A stretch of 58,990 bases of DNA, counting the filler. It is 4 parts of 4 records of this genome, joined end to end, with 100 filler letters (N's around TTAATTAATTAA, not from the genome) between each part and the next. Parts side by side here need not be neighbours in the genome. Positions count along the whole stretch, not along the records: positions 1 to 24,564 come from SRR22947725_1345; positions 24,665 to 38,835 come from SRR22947725_1358; 2 more parts are not named here. The stretch is one strand, 5' to 3'. Below, piece after piece: positions 18,084-30,037 of this stretch. A program made the translations under genes and the position numbers. Under the pieces are notes generated by a model, which had not been told where the DNA came from, did no database searches, and saw only the letters and a program-made list of their open reading frames with translations. Position 1 is the stretch's first letter. Each line of letters opens with the position of its first letter.

Positions 18084-19373
18084 TTAAGAACTACTAATAA
18101 CTGTTTGTGAGTTCATATATCGCTGCAGTACCTCTGGTATCTCTATTGAGCCATCTTCTAATTGATAATTCTCCATTATTGCTACTAGTGTTCTTCCAAC
18201 TGCCAACCCCGAACCATTTAATGTATGTAAATACTCAGGCTTTCCAGATGCTGGATTACGCCACCGAATCATTAACCGACGCGCCTGAAAATCACCAAAG
18301 CTACTACATGAAGATATTTCTCTGTAGTATTTTTGTGAAGGCAGCCAGACCTCAATATCATAGGTTACTGCTGCTGAAAAACCAATATCTCCACCACACA
18401 GCAAAACTGTTCTGTATGGAAGATTAAGCTGTCTTAAAATAGTTTCGGCATGTTCAATTATTGACTCGAGGGCCTGTGAAGTACTTTTTGGATCCACAAA
18501 TTGGACTAACTCAACTTTTTCAAATTGATGTTGTCGAATCATGCCTTTAGTGTCTTTACCATAGCTGCCCGCTTCACTTCTAAAGCAGGGTGTATTACTA
18601 GTAAGCTTTATTGGAAGTTTTTGGGCATCTATAATTTGGCCTCTATATATATTGGTTACTGGTACCTCTGCTGTTGGAGCAAGGTAAAGCTCCCTTTCAT
18701 CCTGGAGTTTAAATAAATCCTTCTCGAATTTTGGTAGCTGTCCTGTACCATATAAGGAGTCTTGATTAACAACATAGGGTACATTTACTTCCTCATAACC
18801 ATGTTTTAGCTGATGTGTATCTAACATGAACTGAGATAGCGCTCTATGCATTCTAGCAATATCGCCCCTCATGACAGAAAAGCGTGTGCTTGCTATTTTA
18901 GTAGCCGACTCAAAATCTAGCATACCTAAAGCTTCACCCAGTTCCACGTGGTTTTTGATCTTAAAAGGAAATTTTTTAATTGATCCCCAGCGTCGTACTT
19001 CTAAATTACTAGATTCATCTATCCCAGATGGCACAATATCGTCAGGTAGGTTTGGAATACTGCTTAGATATACCTCAAGCTCAGTTTTGACTATATTGAG
19101 CTTGTTTTCTGCTTCAGCGCAAGATTTCTTTAATTCCTCCCCTTTCTTTTTTAAGAGGTTGATCTCATCTTGATTTTGAGCCTCAGAAATAGCCTTCCCC
19201 ATCATCTTTGAATGGCTATTTCTTTCTGACTGTAAATTTTGTGAAATTCCTTGAATTTTTCGACGCTTAGACTCGAGTTCATCGAGATACTCAATATCTA
19301 AGACAAAACCTCGAATTAAAAGTTTTTTTGCAACCTCATCAGGTTCAGAGCGAATAAGCTTTACATCTAACAT
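18084..19373 (-). CDS. serS: Serine--tRNA ligase
   Basis: Motifs PTAEVP, CFRSEAGSYG, RQHQFEKVE and TLNGSGLAVGR. Confidence 0.97.
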   Translation of the reverse strand: MLDVKLIRSEPDEVAKKLLIRGFVLDIEYLDELESKRRKIQGISQNLQSERNSHSKMMGKAISEAQNQDEINLLKKKGEELKKSCAEAENKLNIVKTELEVYLSSIPNLPDDIVPSGIDESSNLEVRRWGSIKKFPFKIKNHVELGEALGMLDFESATKIASTRFSVMRGDIARMHRALSQFMLDTHQLKHGYEEVNVPYVVNQDSLYGTGQLPKFEKDLFKLQDERELYLAPTAEVPVTNIYRGQIIDAQKLPIKLTSNTPCFRSEAGSYGKDTKGMIRQHQFEKVELVQFVDPKSTSQALESIIEHAETILRQLNLPYRTVLLCGGDIGFSAAVTYDIEVWLPSQKYYREISSCSSFGDFQARRLMIRWRNPASGKPEYLHTLNGSGLAVGRTLVAIMENYQLEDGSIEIPEVLQRYMNSQTVISSS

Positions 19374-19389
19374 AAAATTTAAATTTTTC

Positions 19390-19761
19390 CTAAAAAAGAC
19401 GCATCAATGTGATTGCGCATAAAGTTCCAATCAGGCAAAGAAAAATGGTTCCAAACACATATAAAATAGAAAGCATTATTTGGTTATTTTGCCACATAAT
19501 TATCGTATCAAGCGAGAATGCTGAAAATGTGGTGAAAGCACCCAAAAATCCAACCATTAGCAAACTTCTTAATTCAGTGGGGAAAAAACCCTTTTCAACA
19601 ACAAGAGCATAACAGCAACCTATAAGGATAGACCCAGTTAGATTGACTAATAAGGTACTTAACGGAGAACGCTCACTAAATATACCTATAATATACAGGT
19701 TTATTGCGTATCGGGCTAAAGAACCTAGCGCCCCTCCCAAAGCTACAGCAAACCATTGCAT
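19390..19761 (-). CDS. crcB: Fluoride efflux channel Fluc
   Basis: Motifs GGALGSLARY and GFLGAFTTFSAF. ATG 19761 follows a GGGAGA RBS. Confidence 0.93.
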   Translation of the reverse strand: MQWFAVALGGALGSLARYAINLYIIGIFSERSPLSTLLVNLTGSILIGCCYALVVEKGFFPTELRSLLMVGFLGAFTTFSAFSLDTIIMWQNNQIMLSILYVFGTIFLCLIGTLCAITLMRLF

Positions 19762-19819
19762 TCTATTCTCCCTGAACTTAAATTTCATAAATTCATAAAA
19801 CCAACTGAAGAAATGAAAA

Positions 19820-20452
19820 TTATTTGTGTTCTATCACATCAACCCCATCAGGTGGATAAAATTGAAAATTGCTATTAATTTTTTTATTTAACTGGTGTTT
19901 CGTAAAGTATATTTCAGACCTGTAACCAAGAGAATCCCATAACTTCATTGTTACTGGAGTATTTTTTTTGAAACTGATCTGTATTTTTTTATAAAGGCTC
20001 TTAGTATTAATCGGTATAAGTATAAAATCAAAAAGTTGAGTTTTTGCACAGGTTATATTGTAAATTAGCTCAGCTCCCTCGATGTCTCCTATCAGCAAAA
20101 TAGCTGGATTTACAATCAAATCTTGAGCAAACCTGCTTACGGTGACCTGTTCAAGATCAGGATCATATATCCATATATTTTTATTATTAGCTATTATATG
20201 TTGCTCTAAAGGTGCTTTTGTAATCCAAATAATATTTCCTGGTTTCTTTGCAATCAAATATCCGTATGCTTCTTGAGTTATAGTATTTTTTTCAGTGTAA
20301 TTAGTTTGCTTGAAATCAGCACTCATTGTATTAACAAATGAAAGCAAACGCTGTAAATTTTTTGTACAATCTAATGGGTTATTTTGTATCTCACTTACAG
20401 CGTCATCAACGAAAAAGCTAAAGAAAAATATGATTATCAACAGTCTGCCCAT
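19820..20452 (-). CDS. lolA: Outer-membrane lipoprotein chaperone LolA
   Basis: Signal peptide, ADFKQ, KKPG, WIYDPDLEQVTV and F.PPDGVDVI; directly downstream of ftsK. Confidence 0.9.
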   Translation of the reverse strand: MGRLLIIIFFFSFFVDDAVSEIQNNPLDCTKNLQRLLSFVNTMSADFKQTNYTEKNTITQEAYGYLIAKKPGNIIWITKAPLEQHIIANNKNIWIYDPDLEQVTVSRFAQDLIVNPAILLIGDIEGAELIYNITCAKTQLFDFILIPINTKSLYKKIQISFKKNTPVTMKLWDSLGYRSEIYFTKHQLNKKINSNFQFYPPDGVDVIEHK

Positions 20453-20454
20453 AA

Positions 20455-22809
20455 CTAATCTCTCGGTGCAGCTGGTGCTAAAACATCTCTATTACCGTTT
20501 AACCCCATCTCACTCACAACACCAGAGGCCTCCATCTGCTCTACAAGCCTAGCAGCCCTATTATAACCAATTCTCAGTTTTCGTTGCACCGATGAAATTG
20601 AAGCCTTGCGAGTTTCAAGAACAAAAGCTACAGCTTCATCATATAGTGCATCTGATTCTTGATTATTAGAATCAGATGAATCGTTACTATATCCAGGAAT
20701 TGGAATGTTGTTGGTAACAATCTCACTTGTTATATCTTCTAAATATTCTGGTGTGCCCCTTTTTTTCCAATCAGCTACAACCTTATGTACTTCATGATCG
20801 TCAACAAAGGCTCCATGAACTCGAACTGGAACACTAGTTCCGGGCGGTAGATAAAGTAAATCTCCATGACCTAATAAAGACTCTGCGCCACCTTGATCCA
20901 GTATAGTTCTCGAGTCAATTTTTGAAGAAACTTGAAATGCAATACGACTTGGTACATTAGCTTTGATTAAACCAGTTATAACATCTACAGAAGGTCTCTG
21001 TGTTGCAAGCACTAAGTGTATTCCTGCTGCCCTAGCTTTTTGTGCAATTCGGGCTATAAGCTGTTCGACTTTTTTGCCTACTATCATCATCATGTCAGCA
21101 AATTCATCAATTACCACTACAATATACGGTAATTTGTTTAATTCAGAGGGGGCGTCATTCTCATCGATGAGAAATTCATCTTGTTTCCATAAAGGGTCAA
21201 GTAATGGCTTCCCTGATGTAATTGCATCGGTAACTTTTTTATTATATCCAGCAAGATTTCTAACCCCTAGAGCTGACATTAGTTTATATCGGCGCTCCAT
21301 TTCACCCACGCACCACCTAAGACTACTCGCTGCATCTTTCATATCTGTCACGACTGGCGTTAATAAATGTGGTATGTCATCGTAGACAGATAGTTCCAAC
21401 ATTTTTGGATCAATTAATATTAGCCTTACATCTTGTGGAGTTGATTTATATAACAAACTTAACAACATTGAGTTAATGCCAACTGATTTTCCAGAACCAG
21501 TTGTTCCTGCCACAAGCAAGTGTGGCATTTTTGCTAGATCAGCACATATTGGTTGGCCTGATATATCGTTGCCAAGAGCTAGAGTTAAAGGTGACTTAGC
21601 TTCCTCGTAAACTACCGATGATAAAACTTCGCTGAGTCTCACCATCTCTCTATGTTCATTCGGAATTTCAATTCCTACATAAGATTTTCCAGGAATTACT
21701 TCAACCACTCTTACGCTCACTACTGCTAACGATCTTGCTAAATCTCTAGAAAGAGCACTTATTCTGCTAGCCTTAATACCCGCCGCTGGTTGTATTTCAA
21801 AGCATGTAACAACTGGTCCTGGTAAAACCTCTATCACTTCAGCGCTAATACCGAAATCTTGTAATTTCAGCTCCAATTGCTTTGACATTGCCTGCAAAGA
21901 CTCTTTCGAAAAAGCTTTACTGTTATCAGCATTAGCTTGATCTAATAAACCTAAAGCTGGTAACACTGTTAGATTTGGGTCTGAAAAAAAAGATATTTGT
22001 TTTTCTTTTTCAACGCGCTCACTAATTGATGGTTTTTGAAGGGGGTGCTGTATACTTAGTGGTTGCCTTGTCACTTCCCTCTTTGCCTGAATTTCTTGGG
22101 CTTCTTTACGATGTTTTTGGGCAAGCAGAGCTAGATTAGCTTCGTTTTTTTTTGCAGCTCGTGCCTCAAGCCGACAAGCAATATAGTCATTCAATTTAGA
22201 TACTGTTTTACCTATAGTTTCAATTAAACCCAACCAAGATAAATCAGTGAATACTGTCAAACCAAACAAAAAAACAGCAACTAGAATCAATGTACTGCCA
22301 ACATTATTGAAGGCTGCTAAGGCTGCGCTTTGAACTGAGGAGCCAAGAATACCTCCGACGCCAAAGGGCAAGGAGGCTATTGGGTCTGTGTAATAAATTG
22401 CAGCTAGTGAGGTGGCACTGACTAATACCATCACTAATCCTAATATACGAAGAGTGAAAACGAGGCTATCTATACTCGCCTCATTATCACGACGAGTTCT
22501 AAAAACATTCCATGCTCTTAAAGCTAGCAAAACTGGTAATAAAAAGGCTACGCAGCCAAGAAAAGAAAATAAAATATCTGATACCCAGGCACCAAATAAT
22601 CCACCTGCATTTTTAATATATGCAACATTCCCAGCATGAGACCATCCAGGATCATCAGTTGAATGTGTTATTAAGGCAATAAAAAGGTACGCACAAATAA
22701 CTAGCCAGCCAATAAGTGACCCCTCTTTAAGGATAAAGCTAACTTTGGAGGGCTTCAATTGATCACTTTTTTCTAATAAAGATTTGCGAATTTTTTTTTC
22801 TTTACTCAA
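20455..22809 (-). CDS. ftsK: DNA translocase FtsK
   Basis: N-terminal TM domain, Walker [25 protein letters not shown] and gamma domain [14 protein letters not shown]. Confidence 0.97.
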   Translation of the reverse strand: MSKEKKIRKSLLEKSDQLKPSKVSFILKEGSLIGWLVICAYLFIALITHSTDDPGWSHAGNVAYIKNAGGLFGAWVSDILFSFLGCVAFLLPVLLALRAWNVFRTRRDNEASIDSLVFTLRILGLVMVLVSATSLAAIYYTDPIASLPFGVGGILGSSVQSAALAAFNNVGSTLILVAVFLFGLTVFTDLSWLGLIETIGKTVSKLNDYIACRLEARAAKKNEANLALLAQKHRKEAQEIQAKREVTRQPLSIQHPLQKPSISERVEKEKQISFFSDPNLTVLPALGLLDQANADNSKAFSKESLQAMSKQLELKLQDFGISAEVIEVLPGPVVTCFEIQPAAGIKASRISALSRDLARSLAVVSVRVVEVIPGKSYVGIEIPNEHREMVRLSEVLSSVVYEEAKSPLTLALGNDISGQPICADLAKMPHLLVAGTTGSGKSVGINSMLLSLLYKSTPQDVRLILIDPKMLELSVYDDIPHLLTPVVTDMKDAASSLRWCVGEMERRYKLMSALGVRNLAGYNKKVTDAITSGKPLLDPLWKQDEFLIDENDAPSELNKLPYIVVVIDEFADMMMIVGKKVEQLIARIAQKARAAGIHLVLATQRPSVDVITGLIKANVPSRIAFQVSSKIDSRTILDQGGAESLLGHGDLLYLPPGTSVPVRVHGAFVDDHEVHKVVADWKKRGTPEYLEDITSEIVTNNIPIPGYSNDSSDSNNQESDALYDEAVAFVLETRKASISSVQRKLRIGYNRAARLVEQMEASGVVSEMGLNGNRDVLAPAAPRD

Positions 22810-22904
22810 AACAACACCCTGATTAGCCTCAATATAGATACTATTGTAAACACAGTAGACCGAAATGCTATAGGTCTCTTTAACAAGATTATACTATAAG
22901 CTGA

Positions 22905-23945
<1,041 letters not shown>

Positions 23946-23952
23946 ATTTTAA

Positions 23953-24564
23953 ATGCTCAACATACCAAATCTTCAAGATAAAAATATTCTTTTTCCAGAT
24001 CCAAATACAGCCCTTAAAGAGCCAAATGGACTTTTAGCATGTATGGGAAATTTGCATGCTGAAACACTACTGAAAGCATACCAAAAAGGAATTTTTCCTT
24101 GGTATAATGAGGAGGATCAACCAATACTCTGGTGGTCACCAAATCCGAGGTCTGTAATATACCCAAACGAAATAAATATATCTCATTCTCTAAAAAAATC
24201 TATCAGAACTCAGCCCTGGGAAATAAGGATTGATACTGAATTCGAAACTGTAATAAAATATTGTGCGAATGTTCGCAAAAATAAGGGTCAAAGTACTTGG
24301 ATAAACACTAATATGCAGCACTCTTATATTGATCTGCATAACTCCGGCTACGCACACTCTTTAGAAGTTTGGTTTGATGATGATTTAGTTGGTGGTTTAT
24401 ACGGAATTGTTCTTGGTGATGTTTTTTGCGGGGAGTCTATGTTTAGCTTAAAATCAAATGCTTCTAAAGTAGCGTTAGTTCAATTAGCCTTATTAATGAG
24501 AAAATATACCAAAAATGGATTAATTGATTGCCAAATTGAAAATGACCACTTATCGTCAATGGGA
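23953..24564 (+). CDS. aat: Leucyl/phenylalanyl-tRNA--protein transferase (3'-truncated at contig end)
   Basis: Motifs AYQKGIFPW, WWSPNPR, GESMFS...NASK and IDCQ. Confidence 0.93.
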
Positions 24565-24664
24565 NNNNNNNNNNNNNNNNNNNNNNNNNNNNNNNNNNNN
24601 NNNNNNNNTTAATTAATTAANNNNNNNNNNNNNNNNNNNNNNNNNNNNNNNNNNNNNNNNNNNN
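24565..24664. other. Artificial contig linker (N44-TTAATTAATTAA-N44)
   Basis: Identical 100-nt spacer with six-frame stops, repeated three times in the window. Confidence 0.99.
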
Positions 24665-24751
24665 TTGGCCTCGATGTTGAAGCATTAACAAAGAATCATA
24701 AATCTCACTAGCAACATTTTTTTCAGCAACTATGCCAACTATGCCGCACAT
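24665..24751 (-). CDS. purF: Amidophosphoribosyltransferase, N-terminal fragment (contig end)
   Basis: Translated by hand: MCGIVGIVAEKNVASEIYDSLLMLQHRGQ. TAATG overlap with the cvpA stop. Not in the ORF track. Confidence 0.9.
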
Positions 24752-25329
24752 TATATTTTGTCCTCTTCTGGCTCTGGGGAGATGTTTTGCACTTCTTCAA
24801 TAATTGGTTCAATAATATTTGTAGCCTCTTTAACCAAGTCCTTATCAGCAACAAGATCTCTAAAATAAGCCTCTACACGAGGAGCATATTCTTCAATAAA
24901 TGGAGATATTTTTGAATTAACAAAGAGGTCATTTTGCTTTACGCTATTTGGAAGTAAAAGGAATACAATAAAAACAAGAATTAGACCTCTTGTGAATCCA
25001 AATAGAACACCTAGAAATCTGTCAAAGCCTGATGCACCTGACCATTTAACAAGCTTGCTAATAAATTTAATAAAAAAACCACCAGCTACAAGGCACACAA
25101 TAAAAATTAATATATAAGAAATAATTTTTGAAATATCTTCATTCCCAATGATTGCTGCAACCTGAGGTGTTGCAAGATGCTCAAGAGATAAGGCTGCTAT
25201 GAAAGAAAAAACCCAAAGAAATAATGATAAAAACTCTCTAGTGAAACCTCTTGCTAAAGACATTAGGCCAGAGGCAACAAGAATAACAAGTATTGCCCAG
25301 TCAGTGATATTTAAACCTAGAGCTTCCAT
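24751..25329 (-). CDS. cvpA: Colicin V production protein CvpA
   Basis: Motifs SLARGFTRE and DRFLGVLFGFTRG; membrane protein upstream of purF. Confidence 0.9.
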   Translation of the reverse strand: MEALGLNITDWAILVILVASGLMSLARGFTREFLSLFLWVFSFIAALSLEHLATPQVAAIIGNEDISKIISYILIFIVCLVAGGFFIKFISKLVKWSGASGFDRFLGVLFGFTRGLILVFIVFLLLPNSVKQNDLFVNSKISPFIEEYAPRVEAYFRDLVADKDLVKEATNIIEPIIEEVQNISPEPEEDKI

Positions 25330-25799
25330 CTTGTAACCTCTCCCTGGCTGCTTTGAGAAACTTCTTCAATTCTCTCTATATTACTACTAATTTCACCTTC
25401 AGATAAGAAAGGTCCTACATATATTGCATATAAATTTTTATTTGCTCCAAAGGATTCTACAAAAGATGGAAAGCCTCCTTCTTTTATTTTACTTGAAAGC
25501 TTTATAGCATTTTCTTCTGATGAAAGTACGTGTGCTCTATATACAAATAAATCAAAATCTGATTTTTTAAAAAATATGTTTTCGGGTTCACTGCTAATAT
25601 AATTGCTCTCTTCTATTATAAGTTCATTAGAGGCTTCAACTTGCTTAACTTCTTCAACATCAATAACCTTTGCCACATTTATTTTGGGTAGAGACTTTTT
25701 TATATTATTTTTATATTGATCTTGAGGCTCTGTAAAGAAACCTATTGAAAAAATTATGCTGGCTAAAAAAATAAATCCGATAGATTTTTCTAGATTCAT
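25317..25799 (-). CDS. dedD: SPOR-domain protein (DedD-like)
   Basis: N-terminal TM helix and C-terminal S.ENA..L...IK..GF...YVGPF SPOR pattern; located between accD and cvpA. Confidence 0.7.
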   Translation of the reverse strand: MNLEKSIGFIFLASIIFSIGFFTEPQDQYKNNIKKSLPKINVAKVIDVEEVKQVEASNELIIEESNYISSEPENIFFKKSDFDLFVYRAHVLSSEENAIKLSSKIKEGGFPSFVESFGANKNLYAIYVGPFLSEGEISSNIERIEEVSQSSQGEVTRWKL

Positions 25800-26644
25800 T
25801 TTTGTTTATAAAGCTTTGATAAAAGAGCGTGAACTTTTGATCTAAGGTTTTTTCGATGAACAATCATATCAATCGCACCTTTATCAAGAAGAAATTCTGA
25901 TTTTTGAAAGTCTTCAGGAAGATCAACGCGAACTGTTTGCTCTATAACCCTTCTTCCAGCAAAGCCTACAAGAGCATCTGGCTCTGCGATATTTATATCA
26001 CCCAACATAGCCAAACTCGCTGATACTCCTCCGTAAATTGGATCAATCATTACTGAAATATAAGGAAGGTTTTGAGCTTTAAGTTTTTGCAATGCAGCTG
26101 AAGTTTTAGCCATCTGCATCAAAGAGATCATAGACTCTTGCATTCTTGCACCTCCTGAAGTTGAAAAGCACACAAAGGGTCTTTTTGTTTTTATTGCCTC
26201 TTCTACACCCTTAACAAATTTTTCTCCAACAACCCCGCCCATTGAACCGCCCATAAACCTAAATTCAAATGCAGCAACGATAATTGGTGAAGATTCTAGC
26301 TTACCTGAAGCAATCACAATCGCTTCATTCTCTCCACTTGCAGCAATCGCATCTTTAACTCTATTTGTGTAAGTTTTAGTATCTTTAAATTTTAAAGGAT
26401 CTTTAGTAACTAAATCTGCAGCTATTTCCTTGTACTTACCGCCATCTAAGAAAATTTCTAACCTTTTTCTAGCACCAATTCTTAAATGATGATCGCATTT
26501 TGGGCATACAAATAAAGATTTCTCTAATTCTGGAGCGTAAAGAACAGATTCACATGCAGGACAAGAGCTCCACAAACCATCGGGAACTGTGCTCTTTGAT
26601 TTAGAGGTACCAATAGTAGGTATTAATCTAGTTAACCAGTTCAT
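25796..26644 (-). CDS. accD: Acetyl-CoA carboxylase carboxyltransferase beta subunit
   Basis: CPAC...CPKC zinc finger, FMGGSMG and SGGARMQE. Confidence 0.97.
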   Translation of the reverse strand: MNWLTRLIPTIGTSKSKSTVPDGLWSSCPACESVLYAPELEKSLFVCPKCDHHLRIGARKRLEIFLDGGKYKEIAADLVTKDPLKFKDTKTYTNRVKDAIAASGENEAIVIASGKLESSPIIVAAFEFRFMGGSMGGVVGEKFVKGVEEAIKTKRPFVCFSTSGGARMQESMISLMQMAKTSAALQKLKAQNLPYISVMIDPIYGGVSASLAMLGDINIAEPDALVGFAGRRVIEQTVRVDLPEDFQKSEFLLDKGAIDMIVHRKNLRSKVHALLSKLYKQK

Positions 26645-27426
26645 AATATTGCGTTCTTAAGCCCCCTTAAATACTCGCCTATTCTATCAAAATTTCTTGA
26701 CTCTGATTGCTTTGTAATCATATCAACAATACTTGACCCTACAATAATACCATCAGAATATTCTGAAAGAAGCTTTGCATCCTCGTTTGATTTAATACCA
26801 AAACCTGCAAGCGTCGGTATATTTGAATAAGATCTTATTTTTTTAATATTTGAATTAATTTCCTCAACATCTAAATTAGAAGATCCCGTTACTCCTCTTA
26901 GGGTTACATAGTAAATAAACCCAGATCCATTTTTTGCAATCTTTTCTATTCTCTCTTGTGAAGTTGTTGGAGAAATTAATGAAATTGAATCAATATTTGG
27001 ATTTGAGATTCCATAACTCGAAATGCTTAACTCTCCAGGAATATCTACAACCAAAACTGCATCAACCCCATGTTGGTCTGATTTATCTATTAACTCTTTA
27101 TGAAAACTAAATGTATTTAGATACCCCATTAAAATAATAGGTGTTGAGTCATCAACTTTTCTAAAGTCTTCAACTAATTTTATTATATTTGGCAAAGAAA
27201 TATTGTTTTTAAGAGCTCTATCATGAGCCTTTTGAATAATTGTTCCTTCCGCGATAGGGTCTGTAAAAGGAACGCCAACCTCTATAATGTCTACCCCTGA
27301 TTTAACAAATAAATGCATCAAATCAAGCGTAGAGTCTAGATCTGGATCACCTGCAACAAGATAGGCCACTAAAGCTTTTTCTTTGATCGAAATAAGGTGG
27401 TCTAATTTTTTTCTTAATCTATTCAA
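26641..27426 (-). CDS. trpA: Tryptophan synthase alpha chain
   Basis: Motifs [24 protein letters not shown] and GFGI. Confidence 0.95.
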   Translation of the reverse strand: MNRLRKKLDHLISIKEKALVAYLVAGDPDLDSTLDLMHLFVKSGVDIIEVGVPFTDPIAEGTIIQKAHDRALKNNISLPNIIKLVEDFRKVDDSTPIILMGYLNTFSFHKELIDKSDQHGVDAVLVVDIPGELSISSYGISNPNIDSISLISPTTSQERIEKIAKNGSGFIYYVTLRGVTGSSNLDVEEINSNIKKIRSYSNIPTLAGFGIKSNEDAKLLSEYSDGIIVGSSIVDMITKQSESRNFDRIGEYLRGLKNAIL

Positions 27427-28628
27427 AATTTAATTCCATCTATTTCTGCGACAGTATTAATATCTTTGTCTCCCCTACCCGAGACATTAACGATGATATT
27501 TTTTGATTCATCAAAGTCTTTGGGAAGATGGTCAAGATATGCAAATGCATGAGCTGTTTCTAGAGCAGGCATTATCCCTTCAAGCTTCGTAACGGTATGG
27601 AATGCATCAAGTGCTTCTTGGTCATTGATAGCTACATATTCAGCTCTACCAATATCCTTTAACCACGAATGTTCTGGTCCTACTCCAGGATAGTCCAGTC
27701 CAGCCGAAACAGATTTAGTGTCTTTTACTTGCCCAACTTCATCTTGCATTAGGTAGCTCCGAGCTCCATGAAGGACGCCTGGACTTCCATCATTTAATGG
27801 TGCTGCATGTTCTCCAGTGCTGACTCCATTTCCACCAGCCTCAACACCAATAAGTCGAGTTTCTTTTTTATCTATAAATGGATAAAAGGCTCCCATTGCA
27901 TTTGAACCGCCCCCAACACAAGCAATAATTGCGTCTGGCATCCTACCAAATAAAGCTTTAGATTGATCAATAAGCTCAAAACCAACTACTGAGTTAAAAT
28001 CTCTTACTATCATTGGATATGGGTGAGGTCCGGTAACACTTCCTATAATGTAATAAGTATCATCTACATTTGTAACCCAGTCTCTTAAAGCTTCATTTAG
28101 TGCATCTTTTAAAGTTGCCGTTCCAGAATCAACCGCATGGACATGAGCTCCGAGAAGCTTTATTCGATAAACATTCAAAGATTGACGCTTAACATCCTCA
28201 GCACCCATATATATGTGGCACTCTAAACCCAATCTTGCTGCAACTGTTGCAGTTGCAACACCATGCTGTCCTGCCCCTGTTTCAGCAATAATTCTTTTTT
28301 TGCCCATATATTTAGCAAGCAATATCTGTCCAACAGTATTATTGATTTTGTGGGCTCCTGTATGATTAAGATCTTCCCTTTTAAGCCATATCTTCCCAGA
28401 CTTATAATGTTTGGTCAGCCTGTCTGCATAATATAAAGGTGAAGGTCTTCCAACAAAGTCTGATAAGTCAGCATAAAATTCTTTCTTAAAATCTTCGCTG
28501 TCTTTTAATTTGGAGTAGGTATCCTCTAACTCCTCTAAAGCATACATGAGAGTTTCGGGAACAAATTTACCTCCATACTCTCCAAAGAAGCCATCACTAT
28601 CAGGAAATTTTTGTTTATCAGTTTTCAT
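27423..28628 (-). CDS. trpB: Tryptophan synthase beta chain
   Basis: Motifs [24 protein letters not shown] and [13 protein letters not shown]. Confidence 0.98.
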   Translation of the reverse strand: MKTDKQKFPDSDGFFGEYGGKFVPETLMYALEELEDTYSKLKDSEDFKKEFYADLSDFVGRPSPLYYADRLTKHYKSGKIWLKREDLNHTGAHKINNTVGQILLAKYMGKKRIIAETGAGQHGVATATVAARLGLECHIYMGAEDVKRQSLNVYRIKLLGAHVHAVDSGTATLKDALNEALRDWVTNVDDTYYIIGSVTGPHPYPMIVRDFNSVVGFELIDQSKALFGRMPDAIIACVGGGSNAMGAFYPFIDKKETRLIGVEAGGNGVSTGEHAAPLNDGSPGVLHGARSYLMQDEVGQVKDTKSVSAGLDYPGVGPEHSWLKDIGRAEYVAINDQEALDAFHTVTKLEGIMPALETAHAFAYLDHLPKDFDESKNIIVNVSGRGDKDINTVAEIDGIKF

Positions 28629-28631
28629 TTT

Positions 28632-29255
28632 TTATTTTTTATTTTTTATTTTTTCTAAAATCTTAATTATTAAATTAATGTCTTTGGTGCCAACAGATGA
28701 TTCCACACCTGAGTTCAAATCAATACACCAAGGTGATGTATCTTTAGCATTATCGACATTTTTGATGTTAATTCCACCAGAGAGAATGATTTTTTTATCA
28801 TGATAATCATAACCATCTAGTAGTGACCAGTTAAAAGCCTCTCCTGTACCTCCATAAACTCCATCTTTATGGTTTTCAAATAGAATTGCTTTTGCTGATC
28901 CATAGGATAAAGTTTCTTCAAGAGATTTCAAATTCTTTACTCTTATTGCTTTCCAATAGTCTAAATTAAATGAATTACAAAAAATCTCAGGCTCATCACC
29001 ATGGAACTGAAGGATGGGATTCTTAAAATACGAAGATGTTTTTAAAACATAATCTTGTGATGGATTCACATAAACACAAACTGGTTTTGTTTGGTCAAAA
29101 TCAATCTCTGCAAGGTCCTTCATTATTTTACTAGGGACATTTCTTGGGCTTTGTTCATAAAAAATAAATCCGATAAAGTCTAGCTCTAGCGATATAAGTT
29201 TTTTAACTATTTCAATGTTAGATATGCCGCATACCTTCGTTCTTATTTTATTCAT
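28632..29255 (-). CDS. trpF: Phosphoribosylanthranilate isomerase
   Basis: Motifs KVCGI, QFHGDE, GGTGEAFNW and DLNSGVES. Confidence 0.93.
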   Translation of the reverse strand: MNKIRTKVCGISNIEIVKKLISLELDFIGFIFYEQSPRNVPSKIMKDLAEIDFDQTKPVCVYVNPSQDYVLKTSSYFKNPILQFHGDEPEIFCNSFNLDYWKAIRVKNLKSLEETLSYGSAKAILFENHKDGVYGGTGEAFNWSLLDGYDYHDKKIILSGGINIKNVDNAKDTSPWCIDLNSGVESSVGTKDINLIIKILEKIKNKK

Positions 29256-30037
29256 ACCTTAAATTTATCCATTATATTCTTGCTGGGCTTTGGTATCTTG
29301 TATAGATCATCATACTCAGGCCCAAGAAAAAAAAGACCTTTTGCGGAAAGTGTTCTTCCTGCAAAGTTTCTATCTTTGGCAGCTATAATATCTTTAATAC
29401 TCATCTTGTTTTCATTCTTTGAGATATCAACTAGAGTTCCCATAATTATTCTAACCATATTATGAAGGAAAGCATTTGCTGTAATATGCAAAATAATAAA
29501 ATCATTAAACTTTTCTGCCTTAAAATTTGTTATATCTTTTATTGGATTATTTGCAGAGCAGCTTGAAGATCTGAAAGATGAGAAGTCATATGTCCCAAGA
29601 AGATCTTCGCCTTCTCTTTTAAGGATTTCAAAATCTAAAGGAGTTTTTTCCCAGTGTACATAATTATTAAAAAATAATGGTTTAGATCTAGAATTGAATA
29701 TTACATATCCATAGGTTCTAGTTTTTGCTAAAAATCTTGAATGAAATTCTTCAGATACATTAATCATATGCTTAACCTGAATTGATTTTGGTAAATTAGA
29801 GTTGATGCCTTTAATCCAATCATGACAGTCTCTATCGATTTGTGTGCTGAAGTCAAAAACTTGAGATAATGCATGAACTCCAGCATCTGTTCGTCCAGCA
29901 TAATTAATAGAGACTTTTTGGTTTGTTATTATCTCAATAGCGTCTTCAATTTTTTCTTGGATAGTAATTGCATTAGTCTGGCGTTGAAAGCCTGAGAAGT
30001 CCCCTCCATCATACTCAACAGTAAATGCTAATTTCAC
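29252..30037 (-). CDS. truA: tRNA pseudouridine(38-40) synthase
   Basis: Motifs EYDG..FSGFQRQ, AGRTDAGVHA and AFLHNMVR. Confidence 0.96.
   Translation of the reverse strand: MKLAFTVEYDGGDFSGFQRQTNAITIQEKIEDAIEIITNQKVSINYAGRTDAGVHALSQVFDFSTQIDRDCHDWIKGINSNLPKSIQVKHMINVSEEFHSRFLAKTRTYGYVIFNSRSKPLFFNNYVHWEKTPLDFEILKREGEDLLGTYDFSSFRSSSCSANNPIKDITNFKAEKFNDFIILHITANAFLHNMVRIIMGTLVDISKNENKMSIKDIIAAKDRNFAGRTLSAKGLFFLGPEYDDLYKIPKPSKNIMDKFKV

Noticed and set aside
19762-19819. Fluoride riboswitch upstream of crcB
   Set aside because: No GGCGATGG-type consensus, and the region is short and AT-rich.
24609-24620. TTAATTAATTAA repeated three times in the window
   Set aside because: Synthetic six-frame-stop linker inside N runs, not a biological repeat.
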